64,000 bases of DNA from an uncultured Verrucomicrobiae bacterium (lineage in GTDB: Bacteria; Verrucomicrobiota; Verrucomicrobiia; Limisphaerales; Palsa-1400): the NCBI GenBank assembly GCA_963702845.1, contig OY969763.1, forward strand, positions 5,568,001-5,632,000, read 5' to 3'. A program made the position numbers and the translations under genes. How positions within the stretch are numbered: the stretch's first letter is position 1; each line of letters begins with the position of its first letter. The notes under the pieces were generated by a model. It did no database searches, was not told the DNA's origin, and saw only the letters and a program-made list of their open reading frames with translations. Shown piece by piece: positions 39,848-49,240 of this stretch.

Positions 39848-40423
39848 ATGAAGGATTCTGAAAAAACGCAGCCAGCAACGGACACAGCCAATGATGGCAG
39901 CGTTCATGTTGAGGATTTGCCCGTCAACACGCCGCTGACAGCCCAGCAATTGGAAGATCTGAAGGAACGCGCTTCCAAAGCCGAGGAGTATTGGGACCGG
40001 TTGCTCCGGCAAACCGCCGATTTTGATAATTACAAAAAACGCGCGGCGCGCGAAAAGACCGACGCGATCAAATACGCCAACGAAGGTGTGCTGCAGAAGT
40101 TGATCCCGATTCTCGATAATTTTGAGATGGCACTCGCGGCGGTCTCGAATGACAAAGCGACCAATGCGTCGGCGCAGTCGTTGCAACAAGGTGTTTCGAT
40201 GATTCACTCGCAGTTGCGCAATGCGCTGCTTGATGCCGGTCTCGAGGAAATCGACGCCACCAACCAGGTTTTCGACCCCAATTTGCACGAAGCGGTTTCG
40301 CAAAAGGAAACGAACGAAGTTCCGGACGGGAACGTCGTCCAGCAAATGCGCAAAGGCTACAAGTTCCGCGAGCGATTGGTGCGTCCTGCCAGCGTTGTGG
40401 TGGCGAAGAAACCCGCCGCTTAA
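39848..40423 (+). CDS. grpE: Nucleotide exchange factor GrpE
   Basis: RQTADFDNYKKR, LIPILDNFEMAL, FDPNLHEAV, KGYKFRERLVRPASVVV. Confidence 0.97.
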   Translation: MKDSEKTQPATDTANDGSVHVEDLPVNTPLTAQQLEDLKERASKAEEYWDRLLRQTADFDNYKKRAAREKTDAIKYANEGVLQKLIPILDNFEMALAAVSNDKATNASAQSLQQGVSMIHSQLRNALLDAGLEEIDATNQVFDPNLHEAVSQKETNEVPDGNVVQQMRKGYKFRERLVRPASVVVAKKPAA

Positions 40424-40426
40424 ACT

Positions 40427-41560
40427 ATGGCAAAACGCGATTATTACGAAGTCCTCGGCGTCAGCCGCGGCGCTGAGGCGGAGGAAATCAAAAAGTCCTA
40501 TCGCAAGCTGGCCATTAAATTTCACCCGGACAAAAACCCCGGCGACAAAGCGGCTGAGGAAAGTTTCAAGGAGCTCGGCGAGGCTTACGAAGTCCTGGCC
40601 GATCCTCAGTCGCGCGCGGCCTATGATCAATATGGTCACGCGGCCTTTGATCCGCGGCAACGTGCCGGCGCGGGCCGTGGCGGCGGTGGATTCCATCGGC
40701 CTGAGGATATTTTCCGCGAGGTTTTCGGTGGCGGCAGTATTTTCGATGAGCTGTTCGGTGGCGGCGGGCGCGAAACGACCAATCGTGGATCGGACCTGCG
40801 CTATGACATGGAGATTTCGTTCGTCGAAGCGGCCCAGGGCACGGAGCGCGAGATCACTGTTAACAAGCCCGACGAGTGCGAGGTTTGTCATGGTTCTGGC
40901 GCGGAGAAGGGTGCCACGACTAAGAATTGCCCGACGTGCGGCGGTCGCGGCCAGGTGATCAGTTCGCGCGGAATTTTTAGCATCGCGCAGACGTGTCCGC
41001 GTTGCGAAGGGCGCGGCAAGGTGATCGATAAACCATGCCAATCATGTCGTGGACAAGGGCGCAAAGAAAAAACGTCGAAGATCAAAATCAAAATTCCGGC
41101 GGGTGTGGATACCGGATCGCGCTTGCGTTCCAGTGGAAATGGCGAGGCTGGTATTCGCGGTGGTCCGGCAGGTGATTTGTATGTCGTCCTGCACGTGAAG
41201 GAACACGAGATTTTCCAGCGCGAAGGGGATGATTTGATTTGTGAGGTGCCGATCAATTTTGTGCAGGCGGCGCTTGGGGCGGAGATCGATGTGCCTACAT
41301 TGAGCGGGACGGCGCAGATTCGAATTCCGCACGGGACGCAAAACGGCACGGTGTTTCGATTAAAGGGCAAAGGCGTCAAGAACGTGCAAGGGTATGGGTT
41401 TGGCGATTTGCTGGCGCGAGTGGCGGTGGAGGTTCCGAACAAGTTGAACAGCGCGCAGAAAGAGAAGCTGCAGGAATTTGCCGAGCTGTGCGACGAGAAC
41501 GTGCATCCGATTCGCAAAGGATTTTTCGACAAGGCGAAAGAGTTGTTTGGAGGGAAGTAA
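40427..41560 (+). CDS. dnaJ: Chaperone DnaJ
   Basis: J domain with HPD, G/F region, four CxxCxGxG repeats, C-terminal domain. Confidence 0.98.
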   Translation: MAKRDYYEVLGVSRGAEAEEIKKSYRKLAIKFHPDKNPGDKAAEESFKELGEAYEVLADPQSRAAYDQYGHAAFDPRQRAGAGRGGGGFHRPEDIFREVFGGGSIFDELFGGGGRETTNRGSDLRYDMEISFVEAAQGTEREITVNKPDECEVCHGSGAEKGATTKNCPTCGGRGQVISSRGIFSIAQTCPRCEGRGKVIDKPCQSCRGQGRKEKTSKIKIKIPAGVDTGSRLRSSGNGEAGIRGGPAGDLYVVLHVKEHEIFQREGDDLICEVPINFVQAALGAEIDVPTLSGTAQIRIPHGTQNGTVFRLKGKGVKNVQGYGFGDLLARVAVEVPNKLNSAQKEKLQEFAELCDENVHPIRKGFFDKAKELFGGK

Positions 41561-42316
41561 GTGCATCGCTTCTACGCGCCGAACACGTCAGCGACCGCTT
41601 CAGAGATAACTCTCGACGGCGACGAAGCGCATCATGCCGCGCAGGTGCTGCGCGTGCGTAAGGGTGAGCGGGTATCGGTGTTGAATGGCAAGGGCGACGA
41701 GTTCTTGTGCGACGTCGAAGAACCGACGCGCAAATCTGTGCGGTTAAAGGTGGCGGACATCCAGCAGTCGCCGACGCCGATTAGCGCAGTCACGCTTATC
41801 CAAGGGATTCCCAAGGGGAAGATTATCGAATCGATTATCCAGAAGGCGACTGAGTTGGGTGCGGCGCGCGTCGTGCCGCTTTTGTCGGAGCGCGTCGTCA
41901 CGCATCTGGACAACGACTCCGCCGAAGATAAACGCGATAAGTGGCAACGAGTCGCGATCGAAGCGTGCAAACAATGCGGCCAACGGTGGGTGCCGATGAT
42001 TGATGCGCCGATTACGACCACGGGTCTGCTGGCGCGTGGCGAGATTTTTGAGTTCGCGGTGGTGGGTTCGTTGGAAAAGGACGCTCGGCATTTGAAAGGC
42101 TATTTCAACGAATTTACATCGCGTGAAAAGCGGGTGCCGAAGACGGTGGCGGTTTGGATTGGGCCAGAAGGCGATTTGAGTCCCGGGGAATTGTCCGGAA
42201 TCAAACAATCGGGCGCGCATCCGATAACTTTCGGGCCACTGGTACTGCGTTCGGAAACGGCGGCGACTTACGCGTTGTCAAATATTAATCACGAGCTTCA
42301 GGCGGTTCTGCCCTGA
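41561..42316 (+). CDS. rsmE: 16S rRNA m3U1498 methyltransferase
   Basis: HAAQVLR, IQKATELG, EACKQCG, IGPEGD, LRSETAA. Confidence 0.96.
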   Translation: MHRFYAPNTSATASEITLDGDEAHHAAQVLRVRKGERVSVLNGKGDEFLCDVEEPTRKSVRLKVADIQQSPTPISAVTLIQGIPKGKIIESIIQKATELGAARVVPLLSERVVTHLDNDSAEDKRDKWQRVAIEACKQCGQRWVPMIDAPITTTGLLARGEIFEFAVVGSLEKDARHLKGYFNEFTSREKRVPKTVAVWIGPEGDLSPGELSGIKQSGAHPITFGPLVLRSETAATYALSNINHELQAVLP

Positions 42317-42454
42317 ATTCGGGCCGGTTTTTGGATTTTTCTTCATATCGTGCTGAAATACAGCCGTAAGCACGCGGTTTTTTGGAACCTTCTCCCTTGC
42401 TGGAGCGTCTCACTGTACGATATCTTATAGCAATAGGGACGGTGTTAAGCTGAA

Positions 42455-44098
42455 ATGAAAACGTGCTGCCGCTGCATGGCGTATCTCGTGTTTCTGCACG
42501 CCTGTTTTTTGGCAGCGTTCGCGGCCAAGGCAAACGTGTACGCCACGAATTTGCGCGTCAATCATTCGACGAACAACGCGGCCGTTTCCTCGCCTAACCC
42601 GGTTGAGATCAGTTATATCCTGAACGAAGACGCTTCGGGTGGAGTTACGGTTCAAATCCTTTCTAACACGAATCTGGTCACAGCTTTTGAGTTTGGTTCT
42701 GGTGGATTGGGAGCACTGCGCGGGACGAATTCGGTTTTTTGGAATGGAACAGATGATGATGGTGATCCGGTTGCGGAAGGACTTTATTCGGTTTCGGTGA
42801 CGGCGCGCTCGACGGGTTTTCTCACTTGGACGCAAACCACGGATGATAACAATGATGGGAACTTCGTTTTCGAACCGCGTGGTATCGCGGTGAATCAAAA
42901 CAGCAACAGCGCGTATTATGGTCGTGTGTTCGTCGGTAATGCCCATGCAAGTGGCGGCGCGATGGACAAACCCGGCGCGAACGTCGGCATTCTCAAGCTC
43001 AACGCGGACGGGAGCGGTGCGGATGAAGGCATCTTCAGCACGGGCGATTATCCGTGGGCCGGTGATTTTTATAGTCCGTGGAAGATTGAGGTCGCAGCAG
43101 ATGACAAGGTTTACATCAACGATTGGAATGCGCTGACCGAAGGAATCGTCATTGCGTTCGACGAGGAAATTTCGGCGAATCGCACGATCGTTTTGGCTGA
43201 CAGCAATTGGCCGAAGGATGGATTTGCGGATTTGAGCGGCCCTTACGTCACGGGCAGTGGGACAAACACACAGCTTTGGATGGCGGACGTCAGCACAAAC
43301 TTTGGCGGGAGCGTCGGGATTGTGGGATTTAATGTCGATACGAATGGCGTGGTGGCCGATGGCGATATGGGGTTCACCGCGGTTTCGGCGACGAATTCGG
43401 ATTTGGACATGGCGCCGTATGATGTGGCGCTGGATCGGGCGGGGAATTTTTACACGATTCAACGCGTCACCGATTTGGATTCTCCTGAAAATCGAGTGAT
43501 GCGGTTTCCGGCTTTTGACGGAACGAATGCGCTGACCGTGGCGGATTGGAAGGTGGGAACGAACGACGACACTTTAATAAATGCGTATGGTATCGCCGTT
43601 AACCCGAGTGGGACGTATGTGGCCGTGGCGGTGCGTGGTTACGGCGCAAGTGGGGAGTTCGAGAATGGGAACGTCTCGGTATTCGATGCGACGAACGGGA
43701 ATTTGGTGACGACCTTCAGCGATGGAACAAACTCCTATACGGACGTGGCGTGGGATAACGTTGGAAATCTTTATGCGACGGACGAGGCGACGAGCGTTTG
43801 GCGCGCTTTTTCGCCGCCGGATGCCAATCAAGCGACGACCGTTTCGGTGCCGTTGATCCAGGTCTATTCCGAAATTTTGCCGCCGCGATTCACCACTCCA
43901 GCGTTGAATGACACACAGGATGGATTGCAATTTTCGCTGATTGGCCAGAGCAACGTGACTTATCTCATTGAATCGACGACTGACCTTCAGGCGTGGTCGC
44001 CGGTGATTACGAATTACAGCAGCACATTGGCGGAGCGGCCAATCACCATCCCGCTCACCAACGACGTGATGTTCTTCAGGGCTTCAGTGCGTCCGTAA
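42455..44098 (+). CDS. Secreted acidic protein: FlgD-like Ig domain, beta-propeller-like repeats, C-terminal domain
   Basis: Signal peptide; WNGTDDDGDPVAEGLYSV; PRGIAV, PYDVALD, AYGIAV, DVAWDNVGNLY. Confidence 0.8.
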   Translation: MKTCCRCMAYLVFLHACFLAAFAAKANVYATNLRVNHSTNNAAVSSPNPVEISYILNEDASGGVTVQILSNTNLVTAFEFGSGGLGALRGTNSVFWNGTDDDGDPVAEGLYSVSVTARSTGFLTWTQTTDDNNDGNFVFEPRGIAVNQNSNSAYYGRVFVGNAHASGGAMDKPGANVGILKLNADGSGADEGIFSTGDYPWAGDFYSPWKIEVAADDKVYINDWNALTEGIVIAFDEEISANRTIVLADSNWPKDGFADLSGPYVTGSGTNTQLWMADVSTNFGGSVGIVGFNVDTNGVVADGDMGFTAVSATNSDLDMAPYDVALDRAGNFYTIQRVTDLDSPENRVMRFPAFDGTNALTVADWKVGTNDDTLINAYGIAVNPSGTYVAVAVRGYGASGEFENGNVSVFDATNGNLVTTFSDGTNSYTDVAWDNVGNLYATDEATSVWRAFSPPDANQATTVSVPLIQVYSEILPPRFTTPALNDTQDGLQFSLIGQSNVTYLIESTTDLQAWSPVITNYSSTLAERPITIPLTNDVMFFRASVRP

Positions 44099-44109
44099 CA
44101 AAGCACCGG

Positions 44110-44138
44110 TTGACGGGCGGCGCGGGGCTTTCTAATGT
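44110..44138 (+). promoter_or_regulatory. Candidate sigma70 promoter TTGACG-N17-TAATGT, 5 nt before ATG 44144 (leaderless-type)
   Basis: Motif and spacing read directly. Confidence 0.5.
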
Positions 44139-44143
44139 CAATC

Positions 44144-44533
44144 ATGCCAAAGAACGAAATTCGCGATCCCGAAAAGGAAAAGACCACAGGCGCATACTCC
44201 GCTGCTGTTGAAACGGACGGTTGGGTTTACTTGAGCGGGCAGGGGCCAATCGACCCGAAGACGGCGCAGGTTGTCCGCGGCACGATTGAAGAAGAAACGC
44301 AGCTCGTCTTGACCCATCTTGAACGCATTTTGAAAGCGGCGGGATGCACGCTCAATGATGTGGTAAAGAGCACGGTCCACCTTTCGGATATCAAAGAGTT
44401 CGACCGGTTCAACGGCGTTTACAAAAATTTCTTTAAAGATGTTGCGGTGCTGCCCGCGCGCACGACGGTGCAATCGGTTTTGTGGAATAACATCAAAGTC
44501 GAGATTGATGTCGTCGCGAAGAAGGCGAAGTAA
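44144..44533 (+). CDS. RidA/YjgF family protein
   Basis: GAYSAAV, VYLSGQ, DVVKSTVHL, PARTTVQ, KVEIDVVA. Confidence 0.92.
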   Translation: MPKNEIRDPEKEKTTGAYSAAVETDGWVYLSGQGPIDPKTAQVVRGTIEEETQLVLTHLERILKAAGCTLNDVVKSTVHLSDIKEFDRFNGVYKNFFKDVAVLPARTTVQSVLWNNIKVEIDVVAKKAK

Positions 44534-45535
44534 TCAGAGCGGTTTTACTTCAACAAACTGCGGTTTGGATTTGTCGATGCGGATGGGGTTGCGTAAGGGG
44601 CGGCCGAAACCTTCGAGTTGGATTTCCATCACGTCGCCGTCTTGCAATGCCACGCCGTCGCGAAAGCTGAAGACGTCGGCGCCGAGGAAATGGATGTGGG
44701 CATCGCCGGCACGACGGTGTGCGGGGTATTTGAAATGATGATGCTCGAGGTTGGTGACTGTGTGGCACATGTTCGATTCACCGGTTGAGAACGGCTCGCA
44801 CCAGATTGCTTTTCCGGCGCGTTCGATTTTTACAGTTCCGTGTGAGCCTTCGAGGCCGCCGCCGACCACGATTTCAGGACCGATGGAGCAGGTGCGCAGC
44901 TTCGAGTGCGCGAGATACAGATAGTTTTTCTTTTCGAAAACGTGGTCGGAAAATTCGTTGCCGATCATGAAACCGACGCGGCGCGGGATGCCGTTGGGAT
45001 CGACGAGATAGGCTCCTGCGACTTCGGCTTCTTCACCGCCGTCGTCAGCAAAGTTGGGAACGTCGAGCGTTTCGTTATGGGCACGGACGATGGTGCCGCA
45101 GCCTTTGTAAAACCATTCGGGCGAAGCGCCGATTGTGCCTGGTGCAGGTCGGCCGCCTTCGACACCCCAGCGATACATTTTCATGCTGTCGGTCAATTCG
45201 GCATCGGCCTTGGCGTGCATGGCCTGGCGATTTGCGGCGCTGGCCTGATGAGTCAAACCTGTGCCAGTGACCAAGCAACGGGCGGACTCGTGCGGGTGAT
45301 CGAATGGGGGCAACAAACGCCATTCCGATTGGCCGTTGTAGACGCTGTCGTAATTGATTTCTTCAGCGGTGTTGCTGGTTTCGGCGAGGTCCTTGATTGA
45401 TTTCTTCAGCGCAATGGCAGCGAGGGCTAACTCGAAAACGGATTGATGTTCGGCGACGAGAACGAGAGCTTTGCCATTGACGATTGCGATGTGGCGACCG
45501 CGTTTTGGGTGCTTGATTTGGACCAGGCGGAGCAT
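44534..45535 (-). CDS. araD1: FAH-superfamily AraD1/GguC-type sugar-acid catabolism protein
   Basis: TGTGLTH, LTDSMKMY, PEWFYKG, DGGEEAE, GNEFSDH, NYLYLAHSKLR, LEHHHFKY. Confidence 0.82.
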   Translation of the reverse strand: MLRLVQIKHPKRGRHIAIVNGKALVLVAEHQSVFELALAAIALKKSIKDLAETSNTAEEINYDSVYNGQSEWRLLPPFDHPHESARCLVTGTGLTHQASAANRQAMHAKADAELTDSMKMYRWGVEGGRPAPGTIGASPEWFYKGCGTIVRAHNETLDVPNFADDGGEEAEVAGAYLVDPNGIPRRVGFMIGNEFSDHVFEKKNYLYLAHSKLRTCSIGPEIVVGGGLEGSHGTVKIERAGKAIWCEPFSTGESNMCHTVTNLEHHHFKYPAHRRAGDAHIHFLGADVFSFRDGVALQDGDVMEIQLEGFGRPLRNPIRIDKSKPQFVEVKPL

Positions 45536-45708
45536 GTCGAAATCATAACCAAGTGCCGCCAAAGTGGAAGCAGGGAATCAACGCGGCTGCGCGATCGCTC
45601 GTTCGGTCAAAGGGGTGATTGCAGGAAACCTGTCGTCGCGTTTACAGCATTTCACCGATTGAGTAACTGCCCGTGCGATGAAACGGTTTGCAAAGGAAGA
45701 TAACCATT

Positions 45709-45978
45709 ATGAAAAAACTATTAGCGATAGCGAGTGCAGCAGTCTTGTTCGTCGGCTGCAGTGGCAGTGACCAGGGAACCAGTGGGTCATCATCGAGTGG
45801 CTCATCGAGTTCACGCGGCAGCATCAATGAGCCGTCAGGTTCCTCCACGAGCACGAACATGAACATGAACACCAATTCAAGTAGCGGGGCTCAGGGTTCG
45901 AGTAGTTCGCCTGCGGCACCCAGCAGTTCACCAAGCAGCAGCGGGTCGTCGAGTGGCAGCTCTCACAGCACTCCGTAA
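45709..45978 (+). CDS. Small Ser/Gly-rich disordered lipoprotein
   Basis: MKKLLAIASAAVLFVGC lipobox, AAGGAAG RBS, followed by a terminator. Confidence 0.8.
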   Translation: MKKLLAIASAAVLFVGCSGSDQGTSGSSSSGSSSSRGSINEPSGSSTSTNMNMNTNSSSGAQGSSSSPAAPSSSPSSSGSSSGSSHSTP

Positions 45979-45998
45979 CGCAGTGTTTGTAGCATTGA

Positions 45999-46031
45999 GA
46001 GGCGGTCGGGCATTTGGCTCGACCGCCTTTT
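45999..46031 (+). terminator. Intrinsic terminator
   Basis: GAGGCGGTCGGGC-ATTTG-GCTCGACCGCCTT followed by T run. Confidence 0.75.
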
Positions 46032-46058
46032 GCCCTTCAGGCGAGTCGGTTGACTTTG

Positions 46059-47285
46059 TTATTGGAGTCGATAGACGTGGACGTCGAATTGGCTGAATCG
46101 ATCGCTGAATGTGCCATTGCTGACCGCAACGTTTCGTCCGGGTTCATAGAGAACCGCACCGCTCGTTATGCTTGCCGGCAGGCCGCTGAAGGTGACGGTT
46201 GCATCGCCGTGATTTCGTTTGCACGCGAGTAGGAAAATTTCTGTGCCTACCTGGCGCACGCAGTATTCGATATCAGGCACGTTCGCTTTTACAGGCAAGT
46301 TTGAGTTCGGTTCAAGCAGCGCGGGGTATAACGGACCTTTGGCACCAATCTGCGCGACGACCGGGCGAAGGACATTGTTCCAAAACGTCCAGTTCCAGCC
46401 GAGTTGCGCATCGCGACGGTTCATCGCTTGTGTCACGTTGCCGCCGAAATAAAGCAACGCGTTCGCGCCGTTAATGATCGCTTCGTAGGTCATGAAGCGT
46501 TCTTCTTTGAAATTCGGGAACACTAATTTTTTTCCCGGTTTTACCACGCCACTCCACGCGATTTGTAGGACCATCCACACTGGCATTTTGCCGCCGCCGA
46601 CCTTCTCCATGATGCGGGTGTAATCGCCGACCATGCTGATTTCCGTGTTGGTCTTGAATTGCGAATGGATGCCCGGCGGCACGCTGATGGGATAAATGTC
46701 CGCGCCGACAACATCAGCGGTGACATTGTATTTGCGCATGCTTTCAATCGTGCCGCGCGGTGCCTGGATCAGAACCATCGGATGGTTTGGATCAAGCTCG
46801 CGCACGATTTCCCGCACCCGAATCAACGGCGCTACGGGGTGGTTGCCCCATTCTGGTTCGTCTTCGCCTTTCCAGGCACCGAACCCGGGATGGTTTTTGA
46901 AATGGTTGACGACATTGCGCAGCATGGCTTCGCGCTGCGTTTCGCCGGGTTTGATGCTGGCGATATCGCCGAGGTAAACGAGGCAATGCATGCCGTTACG
47001 TGCAGCGGCGTCTTCGTATTTTTGCTCGTAGGCGATTTCCTCTTTGTTCCATTTGCCCTTGCCGGTGCGCATGAACGTCGCGCCGGCCTCGGCAAGTTCC
47101 TGGATGCCATTTTTTCCAGTGGGAGTCTTGCCATCGGGCGGCGGCGGTGTAGTGAAGCCTATGGGGAAAACTTTTTTTCCATCAATTTGAAAAACGAGAT
47201 CGGGGCCGTAGGTCGTTTTCGTGGCAAAACACGCAGACGACGCTAACAGCCACGCAACGATAAGGGGCACAACTTTTCGTATCAT
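46059..47285 (-). CDS. Secreted TIM-barrel glycoside-hydrolase-like protein
   Basis: Signal peptide; HPGFGAWKGEDEPEW, DPNHP, ADVVGADIYP, PVWMVLQ, AIINGA. Confidence 0.65.
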   Translation of the reverse strand: MIRKVVPLIVAWLLASSACFATKTTYGPDLVFQIDGKKVFPIGFTTPPPPDGKTPTGKNGIQELAEAGATFMRTGKGKWNKEEIAYEQKYEDAAARNGMHCLVYLGDIASIKPGETQREAMLRNVVNHFKNHPGFGAWKGEDEPEWGNHPVAPLIRVREIVRELDPNHPMVLIQAPRGTIESMRKYNVTADVVGADIYPISVPPGIHSQFKTNTEISMVGDYTRIMEKVGGGKMPVWMVLQIAWSGVVKPGKKLVFPNFKEERFMTYEAIINGANALLYFGGNVTQAMNRRDAQLGWNWTFWNNVLRPVVAQIGAKGPLYPALLEPNSNLPVKANVPDIEYCVRQVGTEIFLLACKRNHGDATVTFSGLPASITSGAVLYEPGRNVAVSNGTFSDRFSQFDVHVYRLQ

Positions 47286-47427
47286 GACGCGGAACTACTA
47301 CGTTTCTATTCGGCAAAACCCAAACTAGCAATCGCAATCGCGCAAGTGGAGAAACAGATTAGTTTGCGATTAGTATTCGCCCCGTAGCATTTCCTGCTTC
47401 CAGCGGTACATTGTTTCAGGAGGGAAT

Positions 47428-47670
47428 ATGGTGGTTGTTGAAGTCATCATGCAGGCGAAAATGATTCTGGTCGGACCGTTCGAGAATCACAATCAGGCGC
47501 TTTACTGGGTCCAGCAGATGTTGAAAGAGAATCCAGGGAAGACGACCATCATTGCGATTAATGACAACGAGCCGGATACGATCCGAGCGTATGTTGGAGA
47601 TCCAGAGGAAGTTCCGTCAGAGTTGCTCGCACCTGCGTTTGATTTGTTTAAAGAATTTCAGGAGCATTAG
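47428..47670 (+). CDS. Small hypothetical protein
   Basis: AGGAGG RBS before ATG; 80 aa. Confidence 0.55.
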   Translation: MVVVEVIMQAKMILVGPFENHNQALYWVQQMLKENPGKTTIIAINDNEPDTIRAYVGDPEEVPSELLAPAFDLFKEFQEH

Positions 47671-48455
47671 GCGCTCAAATCTTCTTCCCCGGTGAGGCCC
47701 CAGCGGCGGCGGATTTTTGTTTCAATGATTCCGAAGAGGAACCGATCCAGGAATAGCCCGAAGACAATCGTCATAAGCATGATGCCGATGACTTGAGCGG
47801 CGTCGTTCAGCTCACGGCCCATGGCGAGGAGGAATCCAAGGCCGATGCTGGATTTGATCAATTCCGCGGAAACTGCGCCATGCCAGCCCAAGGTCCATCC
47901 CAGCTTTAGGCCGGTCACCACGTTCGGCAACGAAGCAGGCACAATGACGCGTCCGTACATGGCCCATCGTGGAGTGCCCAGCGTTCGTGCGGCGCGCAGG
48001 TAGATGGGCGGGATGTTCAGAATGCCATCGGCGGTGGCAATGGCCACGGCGGATGTCGAACTCATAATGACGACGAAATAAAATCCTTTGTCGCTCAGGC
48101 CGAAAATCAACAGCGATAGAGGGACCCACGCAGCCGTGGGCAACATTTGCAGGCCGAGAAAAAGTGATTTGAGCGTTTTATTGATGACCCAGCTTGTGCC
48201 CATCGCAATGCCGACAACTAAACCGATGGCCGCGGCGAGAAGGAAACCGAAGACCATGCGAAGGAGTGTGGTCTTGACGCTGGGCCATAGCAGATTGTCC
48301 TGGCCCAGTTCGATCAGCCGGTGGATAACTTGCACCGGCGTCGGAAGTAAATAATCCGGCGCGACACGCAGCGAAGCGAGCGCCTGCCAAAGAACCAAGA
48401 GCGAGAAATAGAAGCCCGCGACCAGCCATCCGCTTTTTTTCGACGTGGTTTTCAT
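47667..48455 (-). CDS. Sulfonate/nitrate/taurine-type ABC transporter permease
   Basis: LLPTP, RAARTLG EAA loop, IVPASLP, AELI. Confidence 0.92.
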   Translation of the reverse strand: MKTTSKKSGWLVAGFYFSLLVLWQALASLRVAPDYLLPTPVQVIHRLIELGQDNLLWPSVKTTLLRMVFGFLLAAAIGLVVGIAMGTSWVINKTLKSLFLGLQMLPTAAWVPLSLLIFGLSDKGFYFVVIMSSTSAVAIATADGILNIPPIYLRAARTLGTPRWAMYGRVIVPASLPNVVTGLKLGWTLGWHGAVSAELIKSSIGLGFLLAMGRELNDAAQVIGIMLMTIVFGLFLDRFLFGIIETKIRRRWGLTGEEDLSA

Positions 48456-49240
48456 GGCCGGTTTGCCTGAAGTCGCGTTATCAGATCCTGCGCGTAGGAT
48501 TGCACCTGCGGGTCGCTGTAATTGCGCGGACGAGGCAGGTCAATTCGCATCTCGTGAATGACGCTGCCGGGACTTCCCGAGAAAACCATGACGCGATCTC
48601 CCAGGCAGGCGGCTTCCTGCATTTCGTGAGTGACGAAGATAATCGTCTTCCGAGTTTCCTGGTGAATGCGTTGCAACTCCGCGTAGAGCTCAAGACGAAC
48701 CACCGTGTCCAAAGCCGAAAATGGTTCGTCGATTAAGAGCAGGCGTGGGTCGGGAGCCAGCGCTCGCGCCAGGGCGACGCGTTGCTTCATCCCGCCGGAG
48801 AGTTCGTGAATATTGGCTTTTTCATATTGTTCGAGGTGCATCATGCGCAACAGGGACCTCGCCTTTTCACGGCGCGCGATGGGATGCAGCCAATTACGCT
48901 TCAGGCCGTACGAGACGTTGTCGATGACATTGAGCCACGGGAACAGCGCGTGCTCCTGGAACATCATCAAGCGCTCGGATCCCGGTTTGACCACATCTTT
49001 GCCATCGAGCGTAATTTTTCCTGAGCTGGGTTGGATGAAGCCGGCAATCAAGTTTAGCAGGGTCGATTTCCCGCAACCCGATGGCCCGACGAACACGACC
49101 AGTTCGCCCTTTTCAACATCCATGCTGACCGGGGCAAGCGCTGGCACGGATTTTTGCGCATTCGTTTCGAAAGTCTTCGAGACGCGGTCGACCACGAGTG
49201 TGATCTCCTTGCCATTACTTTGTGGGGCGGCGGTGGTCAT
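48452..49240 (-). CDS. Sulfonate/nitrate/taurine-type ABC transporter ATPase
   Basis: GPSGCGKST, LFPWL, LSGGMKQR, DEPFSALD. Confidence 0.95.
   Translation of the reverse strand: MTTAAPQSNGKEITLVVDRVSKTFETNAQKSVPALAPVSMDVEKGELVVFVGPSGCGKSTLLNLIAGFIQPSSGKITLDGKDVVKPGSERLMMFQEHALFPWLNVIDNVSYGLKRNWLHPIARREKARSLLRMMHLEQYEKANIHELSGGMKQRVALARALAPDPRLLLIDEPFSALDTVVRLELYAELQRIHQETRKTIIFVTHEMQEAACLGDRVMVFSGSPGSVIHEMRIDLPRPRNYSDPQVQSYAQDLITRLQANRP

Noticed and set aside
39842..41041. 399-aa antisense ORF, and similar shadow ORFs at 23580-24734 and 42425-43462
   Set aside because: They lie opposite well-supported genes, have no motifs, and are expected in GC-rich coding DNA
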